From positions 500,476-564,475 of the forward strand of contig CAVUQI010000001.1 of assembly GCA_963743585.1 (NCBI GenBank): 64,000 nt of DNA, written 5' to 3'. The stretch comes from an uncultured Acidobacteriaceae bacterium. Lineage in GTDB: Bacteria; Acidobacteriota; Terriglobia; Terriglobales; Acidobacteriaceae. Positions within the stretch are counted from its first letter, which is position 1; each line of letters starts with the position of its first letter. Shown here in pieces: positions 49,914 to 59,808 of the stretch. The position numbers and the translations under genes are program-made. The notes under the pieces are model-generated. The model saw nothing but the letters and a program-made list of their open reading frames with translations, made no database searches and was not told the origin of the DNA.

Positions 49914-50762
49914 TCACCTCTTTCCGCGGTACAAACCTGCAATTCCAAATGTATACGGAGTCCAGCTGGCTTCGCTGAATCCGGCGCGCCGCATTCGGTC
50001 AAGCATCTCCTGCGGCGACGGGAAACGCTCCACCGACGCAGGCAGATAGGCGTAAGGCCCACGCACGCCGGAGATCAAAGTGCCAATTCGCGGCAGAATT
50101 TGCTTGAAGTAAATGCGGTATAGATTTCCGAGAACTCCTTCTGGCTCGCTGAAATCGAGGATGCCGCATTCACCCCCAGGGCGCAGCACACGCACGATCT
50201 CGCGCAGCCCGGCATCGTAATCAGCCAGGTTGCGGAAGCCGAAGGCGGAAGTTACCAGACTGAAATGTTCGTTGCCAAATGGGAGCTGCAGGGCGTCGGC
50301 TTCGATCCAGCGGGGGGCTTTCATCCGATTGAATGAGCTTTGATTGGATCGGTCGAGCGACTTCGCGCGGGCTCTTTGCAGCATGGCATGGGAGAAGTCG
50401 GCACCGAGGATTTCTCCATTGCTGGTCCCGGCTTGTTTGCGCAGGGCGAAGGTCATGTCGCCGGTACCGCAGCAGAGATCTAATACGCGAGCCTTGGGCG
50501 CGGTCAGCAGATCTGCGAAAGTACGGGCTGTGCGCCGCCACCACAGACGATCGACGTTGAACGACAGAACGTGGTTTAACAGATCATAGCGTGGAGCGAT
50601 GGAAGTGAACATATCGCGGACCGCAAGCGCTGCGGAATCGCGATCATGTGCGCCTGCGGGAGCTGCGCCGAGCGTCAGTTTGCGGGTTTCCGGCATATGG
50701 AGTTGAATTACTGATTGTTGATTTTCGGTTGGCTGAGTAGCAAGCTTTTGACGCCCGCGCAA
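49914..50762 (-). CDS. ubiE: Demethylmenaquinone / ubiquinone methyltransferase UbiE/MenG
   Basis: VRDMFTSIAPRYDLLNHVLSF, LDLCCGTGD. Alternative start at 50696. Confidence 0.85.
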   Translation of the reverse strand: MRGRQKLATQPTENQQSVIQLHMPETRKLTLGAAPAGAHDRDSAALAVRDMFTSIAPRYDLLNHVLSFNVDRLWWRRTARTFADLLTAPKARVLDLCCGTGDMTFALRKQAGTSNGEILGADFSHAMLQRARAKSLDRSNQSSFNRMKAPRWIEADALQLPFGNEHFSLVTSAFGFRNLADYDAGLREIVRVLRPGGECGILDFSEPEGVLGNLYRIYFKQILPRIGTLISGVRGPYAYLPASVERFPSPQEMLDRMRRAGFSEASWTPYTFGIAGLYRGKR

Positions 50763-51881
50763 TTAAGGATCTTTTCTTCCCCAACCGCCGCGCGAGAGGC
50801 GGCGCAATTCCTCGACAGCGGCGATTACTACGTTATCCGGAACATCAGCCGCGATCTCGACTTTGCCGATCTCGCGGGGCAGCACGAAATGAACCGCTCC
50901 TTCTTGCGTCTTCTTATCAGCCTGCAGGCGCGCAAGAACCTTGCGCGGCGCCACCTTCAGCTCCGGCAGGCGTCCCAGACTGAGCACTGCATCGGCTATG
51001 CGGCCCGCGGTAACGCTATCGGTACGGCCCACCGCGAGCGCGATGTTGGTGGCTGCGATCATCCCCCACGCTACCGCTTCGCCGTGAAGCAACGTGCGGT
51101 AGCCGGTTTCAGCCTCCAGCGCGTGGCCGATGGTGTGGCCAAGATTCAGAACGCGGCGCAGCCCGCCTTCGTGTTCATCGGCGGAGACGACCTCGGCTTT
51201 CAGCTTCACCGATTGAGCAATGACGCCCTCTAACTCCACCGGATCGCGCTTCAGAATTTGCGCGCGCTTCTGTTCAAAGCGCAGAAACAGATCGACGTCG
51301 CCGATAATGCCGCACTTGAGCGCTTCGTAGAGCCCGGCACGAAACTCGCGATTAGGAAGCGTACGAAGGAGTTCGGGATCGATGAGAACGACGCGCGGAT
51401 GATGGTAGGTTCCGAGCAGGTTCTTCCCTGCCCCCAGATTGACCGCAGTCTTCCCACCGACCGAAGCATCTGCTTGAGCGAGCACGGTTGTCGGAATCTG
51501 CACCAATTCGACTCCCCGCATGTAGAGAGAGGCGAGCAGGCCAGTCACATCGCCCACGACGCCGCCGCCCAGGGCGATGAGAACCGCTTTGCGATCGGCA
51601 TGCAGGCGCACCATCCGTTCGGCAAGAACTTCCACCGTACGGAGCTTTTTTGCGGGCTCGCCGTCGGGCATCTGGATGACTTGCGGCTTGAATCCCGCGC
51701 CAGTCAGCGATCGAAGCAGCTTCGCGCCCCAGCGCCGCCGCACCGGCGCGACGGTCACGACGAAGACTTTGCTGGATTGCGGCAGCAGTTCGGCGAGCAA
51801 AGTTCCGGCCCGCACCAGCAGGCCGTTTTCGATGCGCGCCTGATACGGACGCGGCTGCACATGGATGGTGACTTGCGCCAT
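50763..51881 (-). CDS. aroB: 3-dehydroquinate synthase
   Basis: GGGVVGDVTG, IPTTVLAQADASVGGKTAVN, HTIGHALE. Confidence 0.92.
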   Translation of the reverse strand: MAQVTIHVQPRPYQARIENGLLVRAGTLLAELLPQSSKVFVVTVAPVRRRWGAKLLRSLTGAGFKPQVIQMPDGEPAKKLRTVEVLAERMVRLHADRKAVLIALGGGVVGDVTGLLASLYMRGVELVQIPTTVLAQADASVGGKTAVNLGAGKNLLGTYHHPRVVLIDPELLRTLPNREFRAGLYEALKCGIIGDVDLFLRFEQKRAQILKRDPVELEGVIAQSVKLKAEVVSADEHEGGLRRVLNLGHTIGHALEAETGYRTLLHGEAVAWGMIAATNIALAVGRTDSVTAGRIADAVLSLGRLPELKVAPRKVLARLQADKKTQEGAVHFVLPREIGKVEIAADVPDNVVIAAVEELRRLSRGGWGRKDP

Positions 51882-51993
51882 GGGAATTCCATAATAGCTT
51901 AAAAGGGCTTCAGCTTAGAGTGGATTAGCTAATGTAATCGTTAATTCCTAGACGCCAGCATTCGCAAGCCCACGCGCAAGCGACTACCCGCGC

Positions 51994-52992
51994 TCACTCC
52001 AGCTTTGCGGGGAGAACGACCGAGGCAGCGATTGAGACTCCAATCACCAAGCCAACCGCAGCTAAGATCAGGAGCGTGGACACCGGAAAGTAATCTGCTG
52101 CGATCATCTTCGCGCCGATGATAATCAGCACGATCGCCAGGCCGGTGTGAAGAAAGCGAAAGCGTCTCATCAGGCCAGAGACGGCAAAGTACATTGAGCG
52201 CAGGCCCAGAATTGCAAATACATTCGAGGTGTAGGCGATGAACGCGTTCAGGGTTACCGCGAGCACCGCGGGAATGGAGTCGACGGCGAAAAGCAGGTCA
52301 GTGGTTTCGACTACCACTAACACAATCAGGAGCGGCGTTGCGTAGAGAATGCCGCTTCCCTCAGTTCCCTGACTTCGTTTCTCTTGGATTCGATTTTCCT
52401 GAATTCGTTTTGCGTCACCTCCGTAGCTCTCTCGGTTGGTTTTCCATCCGCGCACAAAGAAATCGCCATTCTGATAGTCGTCTGTGACTGGAATCCAGTG
52501 GCGCAGCAGGCGCACCGCAAAATTATTTGTGAGATTGACCTGATGCGCGCCGAGAAAAGCAAGCCGGATGCCGCTGATAATCAAAACGGCTCCGAGGATG
52601 TAGAGAATCCAATGAAAGCGTTGAATCAGGCCGACGCCTGCAAGGATGAGGACGCCGCGCATGAGCATCGCCCCGAGAATTCCCCAGAAAAGAACGTTGT
52701 GCTGGTATTTCTCGGGAACGGAAAAATAACGGAAGATCACGAGAAAAAGAAAAAGATTGTCTACGCTGAGGGAAAGTTCGAGAACGTACCCGGTGACGAA
52801 CTCCAGCGCGATTTGGCGTCCGTGCCAGAAAAATATGATTGCGGCGAAAAGCGCCGCGAGTGCGATCCAGAATACGCTCCAGGCGGGGGCTTCGCGCGAG
52901 CGCATGATGCGGCCCCGGCGATGGAAGACCCGCAGATCCAACGCCAGCAGACCAAGTGCGAACAGGTTGAACAGAATCCAGAACTTGAGCAA
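51994..52992 (-). CDS. TerC/Alx family integral membrane protein
   Basis: ELSLSVDNLFLF and LFAVDSIPAV motifs. Confidence 0.85.
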   Translation of the reverse strand: MLKFWILFNLFALGLLALDLRVFHRRGRIMRSREAPAWSVFWIALAALFAAIIFFWHGRQIALEFVTGYVLELSLSVDNLFLFLVIFRYFSVPEKYQHNVLFWGILGAMLMRGVLILAGVGLIQRFHWILYILGAVLIISGIRLAFLGAHQVNLTNNFAVRLLRHWIPVTDDYQNGDFFVRGWKTNRESYGGDAKRIQENRIQEKRSQGTEGSGILYATPLLIVLVVVETTDLLFAVDSIPAVLAVTLNAFIAYTSNVFAILGLRSMYFAVSGLMRRFRFLHTGLAIVLIIIGAKMIAADYFPVSTLLILAAVGLVIGVSIAASVVLPAKLE

Positions 52993-53152
52993 GGGTGGAT
53001 TAAAAATGAAAGTTAGGAAAAGAGCAAAGAAGAAAAAAGCGAAAAGGGCATTGCACCACAGAGGGCGCAGAGGACACAGCGTCCACTGCGGGAACAGCAG
53101 ATTCCTCCTCCGTCGCTTCGCTCCCGCGTCGAAATGACAATGGGGAGGCGGC

Positions 53153-54229
53153 TCAGGTCGGGTTGTGGACTTGATTCGGCGGCAGCGGATTCATTTTGTC
53201 GAGGATGCGGATGGTTTCGAGTATCGTGGCGCCCACGATTTGCAGGCTTTTCGGGCTGAGCTTGTCGACGGTGTCCTGCGTGGTGTGCCAGTAAACGTTG
53301 TTATAACCGTAATCGAAGTCGATCAGGTCTGCGGAAGGCACACCGAGTTTCACGAAGGGGACGTGGTCGTCATCCACCTCCATGGTGCGGCCGAAAAAAT
53401 GCGACTGATACCCCAGGCGGCTTGCGGCTTCGTATATGACCGATTCGAGCCAGGGAGCCGAGTTCGAATCGTGCTCGATGTTGAGATCGGCATCGCCGAT
53501 CATATCTGCCAGCAGAAATGCTTTGATCTTCTTGAGTGTGCCATCAGTTTTCCATTGTCCGGCAAGATGACTGATGCCGTATAAGCTATCGTCCTCAAAG
53601 GGCATTTTCCGTGGTAGCCCCCCGGAGCCGTCTGGTTCGATCGCTTCCTCGGCGTCATCCCAGACCAGCCAAATACTGTAGCCGTCGTTTTTCTTGCCTC
53701 GAAACTGATTGGCCAGTTCCAACAGCAGCCCGCTGGAAGATCCGCCATCGTTGGCCCCAACAAAAGAAGTGTTGCGCAAGGGATAATTCGTATCGTAATG
53801 GCTGGCGATCACAATGATCCCGTCTTTTGCGCCTGGAAACTTGGCAATGATGTTGTGAACCGGAAACCTGCCTTCCGGGGTTTCGGCCGTGAACACGTCG
53901 TTTTCGACGTCATCGCTTTTCAGGTGCGCGAGGATGAAATCCTCGACCTTCTTGTGATTTGCGCTGCCGAGCGGACGCGGCCCGAACGCCACGATGTCCT
54001 TCACATATTGCATGGCTTGCTCGCCATTGAACGCGGGGGGCGGGCCAGTATCGGGTGGAAGTGAGAGCGTGGGCAGAGACGTGTCGGATTGAGATGCGGG
54101 AGAACTCGGCGGATCGGCAGGAGGCGTCTTGTCTTTATCGTTGTCCTTGTCCTGGTTGCAGGCAATCACCCCCAGAACGATCGCGGGAAGTAATACCCGG
54201 AAAAGTATCTTCTTCATTTTAAGTGACAA
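53153..54229 (-). CDS. M28 family metallopeptidase lipoprotein
   Basis: Lipobox LGVIAC; IVIASHYDT, GANDGGSSSGLLLELA, LLADMIGD. Confidence 0.8.
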   Translation of the reverse strand: MSLKMKKILFRVLLPAIVLGVIACNQDKDNDKDKTPPADPPSSPASQSDTSLPTLSLPPDTGPPPAFNGEQAMQYVKDIVAFGPRPLGSANHKKVEDFILAHLKSDDVENDVFTAETPEGRFPVHNIIAKFPGAKDGIIVIASHYDTNYPLRNTSFVGANDGGSSSGLLLELANQFRGKKNDGYSIWLVWDDAEEAIEPDGSGGLPRKMPFEDDSLYGISHLAGQWKTDGTLKKIKAFLLADMIGDADLNIEHDSNSAPWLESVIYEAASRLGYQSHFFGRTMEVDDDHVPFVKLGVPSADLIDFDYGYNNVYWHTTQDTVDKLSPKSLQIVGATILETIRILDKMNPLPPNQVHNPT

Positions 54230-54278
54230 CGTATGGGCCTCGACTAATGGCGAAGGTTCCGACCAGGTATGCCAGCCT

Positions 54279-55070
54279 TTATGTTACCTGTTTTTCCTTT
54301 CGCGCCCGCCGCTGTTTCGGATGCACCACCCACGCGATGCCGATGCTGATGGCGTACAGAGCAACCATGGGAGCGGCGAAGATGCACATGCTTAAAATAT
54401 CCGGGGTTGGCGTTACGATGGCCGCGACAATGAAAATCAGCAGGATCGCGTATCGGAAGTTCTTCCACATGAAACGGGCTGTGATCAAGCCCATCAGCGC
54501 CAGGAAAAAAATGAGGATGGGCATCTCGAAGATCAGGCCCATGCCGAGGATGATGCTGAGAAATAAAGAGGTGTATTCGCTGATGGTGATCATCGGCTGA
54601 AACTGCCGGCCGAAGTGAATCAGAAACGCGAGCGCCTGCGGGTAAACCACCTTGTAGCCGAAGAACCCGCCGGTCAGAAACAAGGCGATGGTCGAAACCA
54701 TGAAGGGAATGACGTAGCGTTTTTCGTGGCGATAAAGGCCGGGAGAAATAAACATCCAGACCTGATAGAGCACGAAGGGAGAAGTAACGAACAAGCCCGC
54801 GAGAGCGGCAATCTTCAAGTAAAGATTGAAGGGTTCGGTGGGGTTCAGGTATACCAGTTTGTCTGATAACCCGTTGGCCCGAAGCACTTCGAGAATGGGC
54901 CGCTGCATGAGGTCGTAGATCCATTCAACCTTCCACCAGCAGGCGAAGAATCCTACTGCAACGGCAGCGATGGAATAGACGAGACGGCGGCGAAGTTCCT
55001 CCAGATGATCGAGAAAGCCCATCGTGGGCATGGGATCCGGAGCTGCGAATTCAGCGGCACTTTCAGACAT
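54279..55070 (-). CDS. tatC: Twin-arginine translocase subunit TatC
   Basis: FLDHLEELRRRL; 6 TM. Confidence 0.9.
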   Translation of the reverse strand: MSESAAEFAAPDPMPTMGFLDHLEELRRRLVYSIAAVAVGFFACWWKVEWIYDLMQRPILEVLRANGLSDKLVYLNPTEPFNLYLKIAALAGLFVTSPFVLYQVWMFISPGLYRHEKRYVIPFMVSTIALFLTGGFFGYKVVYPQALAFLIHFGRQFQPMITISEYTSLFLSIILGMGLIFEMPILIFFLALMGLITARFMWKNFRYAILLIFIVAAIVTPTPDILSMCIFAAPMVALYAISIGIAWVVHPKQRRARKEKQVT

Positions 55071-55503
55071 GCGATGCCTGCGAAGCAGGATCGTTCACTG
55101 CCGCGAGCGCCTCGGATGCGGCGATGGTGTCGGATGCGTCAGCTGGATTTTGTGGGCCAGTTTCGACCGTTGGCGCGGCGAGCGTAGCGGATGTACTCTG
55201 CGGCGCGGTTTCGCCGCCCGCAGGATTCAGACTCAGACTAGCCACAGTGCCCTGCGGTGCTGTGTTTGGAGTGAGTGCAGTTAGAGTTTTTTCCGCCTCA
55301 TTTCTGTTCGTCTCGCGCTGCTCGGCTCGCTGCTTCACTTCGAGATGAGAGATCTCAGTTTCGATTTGCGACTTGAATTCGTTCGAGGCGCGACGCAGTT
55401 CCGCCAGCAGGCGTCCAGCCTGGCGGGCAATCTCCGGCAGCTTCTTCGGGCCGAAGATGATCAGGGCCAGGAAGAACAGGAAAATTGTCTCGGAAAAGCT
55501 CAT
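55063..55503 (-). CDS. tatA: Twin-arginine translocase TatA/TatB family subunit
   Basis: MSFSETIFLFFLALIIFGPKKLPEIARQAGRLL followed by an amphipathic helix and an extended tail (TatB-like length). Confidence 0.8.
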   Translation of the reverse strand: MSFSETIFLFFLALIIFGPKKLPEIARQAGRLLAELRRASNEFKSQIETEISHLEVKQRAEQRETNRNEAEKTLTALTPNTAPQGTVASLSLNPAGGETAPQSTSATLAAPTVETGPQNPADASDTIAASEALAAVNDPASQASHV

Positions 55504-55933
55504 GAACCACCATCATAATGCCGGAAGGCCGAGGCGGCAATGCGCGGCAGATCCTTGTAGTGGTCCAATTTGAATTTGTCGGCCACAGTTCGGAGTCATC
55601 CTGAGTGCAGCCGTTTTTCAGGCGGAACGAGGCATCTCCCACAGACCGTATCTGAGGGATGGCACTCAACCGGCTGAGTACGCTGCGTTTCGAGATGATG
55701 GCAATGCGGGGTAAGTTCAAAACTGAGGCCGCCCACGCCCTTCTGCTATCAGGGCGTTAGAATGTTTTGTGGAAGCCGGAACCTAAGGGCCGCGCGCCGC
55801 ATCTGATTAGGGGTATGCGTTGGTTACCCTGGTGCCTGTACAGGCCCTGGGCGATCTACGGGGATGATATACTGCGGGTATTCAGTACGGCGGCCGGCAT
55901 TCCGACAACCCACAATCGAAGGAAAATTCTAAG

Positions 55934-57538
55934 ATGGCACGTAGTTCTCGGCGCTCACTCTTCCTGGTAGTTTTTTTTCTCCTGGCCTGTGGTTTTCTGG
56001 GCATTCTCTTTGCCCAGCGCACCGGAGACCAATCGCCGCTTACCGGTGACTCCGACGTCAAAGACAGCCTCAAGCAGTTTGCCGACGTCTACTCGATTGT
56101 CGAGCAGAACTATGCGGAACCCGTGAATCCGGACAAGGCCATCTATGATGGCGCGATCCCGGGAATGCTGCACGCGCTCGATCCGCACTCGAACTTCTTC
56201 GATCCCAAGTCGTATGCCCTGATGCGCGAAGATCAGCGCGGCAAATACTACGGCGTTGGCATGACGGTCGGGCCACGCAACAATAAAGTAATTGTGATCT
56301 TCCCCTTTAACGGCACACCCGCTTACAAGGCCGGAATTCATCCCGGCGACGTGATCATCGCGGTCGATGGAAAGTCGACGGAAAACATGAGTGTCACCGA
56401 TGTCGCCGACATGCTGAAGGGGCCCAAGGGAACGACGGTCGATATCAGCATTTCGCGCGAAGGCGTGGAAAAGCCAATGGAATTCACGCTGGTCCGCGAC
56501 GAGATTCCCCGTTACAGTGTTGACGTTCACTTCCTGATTCGCCCCGGGATCGGCTACATGCACATCAACGGGTTCAACGAGACCACGGAAGAAGAAGTCT
56601 CGAACGCCCTAGATGAATTTGGCGATCTCAAAGGACTGATCCTCGACCTGCGCGGCAACCCCGGCGGCTTGTTAAGCGAAGGCGTGGGAGTTGCCGACAA
56701 GTTCCTGAAGAAGGGTCAACTGATCGTTTCCCATCATGGCCGGGCTTCGGCGGAAAAACGCTACGTTGCGCAGCATGGCAACGGGGGCAAGGATTATCCG
56801 ATCGTGGTGCTGGTGAATCGGCTGACAGCGTCGGCTGCGGAAATTGTCTCCGGTGCGATCCAGGACCATGACCGCGGTCTCATTGCCGGCGAGGTCACGT
56901 TCGGCAAAGGGTTGGTGCAGACGGTGTACCCACTTTCGGAGGATACGGGCCTGGCGCTCACCACGGCGCACTACTACACCCCCAGCGGCCGGCTGATTCA
57001 GCGCGATTACAGCAACATCTCGCTATACGATTATTACTACAGCCGCGACGATGTACCTCCCACAGCGAACCGCGAAGTGAAACTCACCGATAGCGGCCGG
57101 ACGGTTTACGGCGGCGGAGGCATCACCCCGGATGTCGCCATTCCTCCAGTCAAGAGCAATCATTTCCAGGACACGCTGCTGCAACACTATGCATTCTTCA
57201 ACTTCGCGAAGCTCTATGTGGTAAACCACCACCCGGCTAAAACCTTCGAAGTGGACGATGCCGTAATGCAGGAATTCCGCAAATCCCTCGATGATGCCAA
57301 CATTTCTTACACCCAGGCCGAGCTCATCGACAACAATGACTGGATCCGGCCCAACATCAAATCCGAAATCTTCGTCGATGCCTTTGGCGAGGATGAAGGC
57401 ATGAAGGTGCGTACGGAAGCAGACCCGGAAGTGCTGAAGGCACTCGATCTGCTGCCGCAAGCTAAGGCGCTCGCGGACAATGCGAAGCGAATCGTGGCCG
57501 AGCATAACAGCCCGGCGGCGTTCAGCGCCAATCGATAA
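55934..57538 (+). CDS. S41 family C-terminal processing peptidase
   Basis: PDZ segment plus LILDLRGNPGG and VVLVNRLTASAAEIVSGAIQDHDRG. Confidence 0.9.
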   Translation: MARSSRRSLFLVVFFLLACGFLGILFAQRTGDQSPLTGDSDVKDSLKQFADVYSIVEQNYAEPVNPDKAIYDGAIPGMLHALDPHSNFFDPKSYALMREDQRGKYYGVGMTVGPRNNKVIVIFPFNGTPAYKAGIHPGDVIIAVDGKSTENMSVTDVADMLKGPKGTTVDISISREGVEKPMEFTLVRDEIPRYSVDVHFLIRPGIGYMHINGFNETTEEEVSNALDEFGDLKGLILDLRGNPGGLLSEGVGVADKFLKKGQLIVSHHGRASAEKRYVAQHGNGGKDYPIVVLVNRLTASAAEIVSGAIQDHDRGLIAGEVTFGKGLVQTVYPLSEDTGLALTTAHYYTPSGRLIQRDYSNISLYDYYYSRDDVPPTANREVKLTDSGRTVYGGGGITPDVAIPPVKSNHFQDTLLQHYAFFNFAKLYVVNHHPAKTFEVDDAVMQEFRKSLDDANISYTQAELIDNNDWIRPNIKSEIFVDAFGEDEGMKVRTEADPEVLKALDLLPQAKALADNAKRIVAEHNSPAAFSANR

Positions 57539-57558
57539 TCAGCGAATTGCAAAATCTT

Positions 57559-57588
57559 AGGCCCGGAGTTTTCCGGGCCTTTGTTTTT
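57559..57588 (+). terminator. Rho-independent terminator after the S41 peptidase gene
   Basis: AGGCCCGGA-gttt-TCCGGGCCT followed by TTGTTTTT. Confidence 0.75.
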
Positions 57589-57653
57589 CCAAAGGTAAAC
57601 TCCAAAGGGGTGGTAGTAGAAGCGAGTCAGGAAGGTCAAGGTCCTTTGCGAAC

Positions 57654-57754
57654 TTAGCGGCCCTTCTTGGCGCACTTCACGGCTACAAGCTTTAGTGTTT
57701 ACTTCGTCGAGACCAAAACTATCAACCGCAAAGTGCGCCAAGGAATGCCGCTAA
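57654..57754. repeat. Long imperfect inverted repeat (24-nt arms, 53-nt loop), REP/MITE-like
   Basis: TTAGCGGCCCTTCTTGGCGCACTT (57654..57677) against the reverse complement of 57731..57754, TTAGCGGCATTCCTTGGCGCACTT. Confidence 0.6.
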
Positions 57755-58013
57755 GAACGCGAAGCGCCGGGATCGGATTCAAGTCATATATCCTGGGGGT
57801 GCCGCAGCTGGACTGAGTCACTACCTATATCCAAGGTCAATTGACTTCGCTCATGGGCTATGTGAAAATTTGCGGCAGTGGAGTATTGGGCGTTCCCCGC
57901 GCTTAGGAGTAGAGAATTCATCCCCAGCAGGAAAACGATATTTTTGAAAGACAAAGAATGCGGCTTCTCGCTGGAGCCCGCCGAAAAGCACCGCTCCACA
58001 GTTTGAGGGCGGT

Positions 58014-58541
58014 TTGAAGCTGATCGTGCTGGCACCGGCGCTCGCGGTGGCGCTTATCGCCGGTTGGACGGATTGGCGCAGCCGCCGCATTCCGAACTGG
58101 CTGACCGTACCGGCGCTGCTGATTGGCGTCCTGCTCAACGGTTTGACCGGAGGATGGGGCGGAGTGAAAACTTCCCTGCTCGGGGCAGGGTTGGGACTGC
58201 TCGTGCTTTTGCCGTTCGTTCTGCTGCGCAGCCTGGGTGCGGGTGATTGGAAGCTGGCGGGCGCATTAGGAGCGTTCGTTGGCTGGGAGGCCCTAATAAC
58301 TTTGTTGATCGGTTCCATGTTTGTGGCTGGACTGATGGCCTTGATTCTGGTGATTTACAAGCGGCGGTTCAAACAGACCATGCGTAATATCTGGGGCATG
58401 CTTGCATCCATGTTCGCGCTTCGCATGCCGGGAGCGGAAGTGTCACTCGACAACCCGCAGTCGCTGAAGGTCCCTTACGGCGTGGCGCTGGCTTTGTCTA
58501 CTTTGCTGTTCGGGGCAGGCACAATTTGGGGAGGGCACTAG
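58014..58541 (+). CDS. cpaA: A24 family prepilin peptidase, short CpaA/TadV type
   Basis: TDWRSRRIPNWL and GAGDWKLAGALG aspartyl motifs. 175 aa, with no methyltransferase domain. TTG start (GTG alternative at 58026). Confidence 0.8.
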   Translation: MKLIVLAPALAVALIAGWTDWRSRRIPNWLTVPALLIGVLLNGLTGGWGGVKTSLLGAGLGLLVLLPFVLLRSLGAGDWKLAGALGAFVGWEALITLLIGSMFVAGLMALILVIYKRRFKQTMRNIWGMLASMFALRMPGAEVSLDNPQSLKVPYGVALALSTLLFGAGTIWGGH

Positions 58542-58543
58542 CC

Positions 58544-59167
58544 ATGCGAAAGAAGCTTCTTGCTGTCTCCCGCCGCCTGGCTAGACCTTCTCACGGTTCT
58601 GAGATTGCTGAGTTCGCTATCGTCCTGCCCCTCCTGTTCCTGCTCCTGATCGGGATCTACTGGGTGGGGCAGGCGTTCAGAATCTACGGGGCCATGACCA
58701 ATGCGGCCCGCGACGGGGCGCGCGCAGCCGTGAATCCGGCATGCACCACGTGCGCGGGAGTTGATCCGACGCAAAACGCGTGGACGGTCATCCAGAATGA
58801 TCTGCAGGCGGCGCACATTAACCCAAATGCCTTGCAACAGCCCACCAATCCTCCTGCCGTTTGCGCCTGCAGCAATGGCACAGCTACGGGCTGCAGTAGC
58901 ACTACAGTGGCCTGCGACAATAGCCAGAATAAAATTTGCGTTCAAGGCGTCACTCATTCCGGAACAGGCACCGTCAATTGGAGTGACAGCTACGTCCGGC
59001 TGTCCTCCACCATTGCCCCCAGCAAGACCCAGGCTGGCGGCGCGGGAGAGTGCGGAATTTCCGTTAGTTTTCAATATCCGTATACATTCTGGCTGCCGGG
59101 GAGTTCGTTGAACAACGAAACCATCAATCTGCGGGCGCAGGCGCAGATGAGGGCGGAAAGTCAGTGA
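58544..59167 (+). CDS. TadE-like pilus assembly (minor pseudopilin) protein 1
   Basis: GSEIAEFAIVLPLLFLLLIGIYWVGQAF N-terminal TadE motif. Confidence 0.75.
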   Translation: MRKKLLAVSRRLARPSHGSEIAEFAIVLPLLFLLLIGIYWVGQAFRIYGAMTNAARDGARAAVNPACTTCAGVDPTQNAWTVIQNDLQAAHINPNALQQPTNPPAVCACSNGTATGCSSTTVACDNSQNKICVQGVTHSGTGTVNWSDSYVRLSSTIAPSKTQAGGAGECGISVSFQYPYTFWLPGSSLNNETINLRAQAQMRAESQ

Positions 59168-59784
59168 CACCCGATTCTATCTTCAGCCACTCGAACGTCC
59201 TGGGGCGCCCAAGGCCGCCAGGGGTTCACCATGCATGCCTGCGGGAGAGCGGTTCTCAGATTGTGGAATTTGCGCTTTCGGTGCCGTTGCTCGTCTTGTT
59301 TGTGATCGGCATCTACGATTTCAGCGGGGCGCTCGCCCTCAAGCATAAGTTAACGAACGCCGTCCGCGAGGGTGCTCGGGTTGCAGCCGCGGATCCTGCT
59401 ACGGACCTCAACGCCAGCATGCCGGTATCGGTCAGCGATGCTTTTCAGGCGGTAGATAATTATCTGCTCTCGGAGCAGGTGAATGACTGCGGGCTGAGTT
59501 CCGCGGCTGCTCCTGCCCCGTCGACACTTACGTGGGTTTACCAGGCCAGTTCGGGATGTCCGGGTGCCTCGAATCCTGCATTGACGCTTACGATTAACCG
59601 CGGTTGCATTTCAAAACAGACCATGACCGTTGGCGGGAACACGGCCCCGGTGGATATTGTGGGTACCTGCGTCACTCTTAGCTATCCATACGTCTGGCAA
59701 TTTAATACTGCGGCTGGATTGTTCAGCCGCTTCTCGGGGCCCACTAAAATTACGACGACTGCAATTGCATTCGATGAAAACTAA
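59164..59784 (+). CDS. TadE-like pilus assembly (minor pseudopilin) protein 2
   Basis: GSQIVEFALSVPLLVLFVIGIYDFSGAL; GTGA overlap with the upstream gene. Confidence 0.75.
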   Translation: MTPDSIFSHSNVLGRPRPPGVHHACLRESGSQIVEFALSVPLLVLFVIGIYDFSGALALKHKLTNAVREGARVAAADPATDLNASMPVSVSDAFQAVDNYLLSEQVNDCGLSSAAAPAPSTLTWVYQASSGCPGASNPALTLTINRGCISKQTMTVGGNTAPVDIVGTCVTLSYPYVWQFNTAAGLFSRFSGPTKITTTAIAFDEN

Positions 59785-59808
59785 AATGCGCAAGCTTGGA
59801 AGTGGGCC

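Noticed and set aside
52993-53152. yybP-ykoY (Mn) riboswitch upstream of the TerC-family gene.
   Set aside because: I looked on the minus strand for the conserved GGGGAGUAG ... UUGACA ... GAGACC-type blocks and did not find them. This needs an Infernal scan to exclude it properly.
55504-55933. Structured ncRNA (6S, SRP, RNase P, tmRNA) in the 430-nt gap between tatA and the S41 peptidase gene.
   Set aside because: None of the signature motifs I know (SRP GGAAGCAGCC-type helix 8, RNase P GAGGAAAGUCC, tmRNA tag/acceptor) were seen. The region contains a REP-like GTCATCCTGAGTGCAGCC string instead. It remains unexplained.
57589-58013. Flp pilin gene upstream of cpaA.
   Set aside because: All small ORFs in the six frames lack a hydrophobic Flp-type core. 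Examples are MPLRTRSAGIGFKSYILGVPQLD and MGYVKICGSGVLGVPRA.
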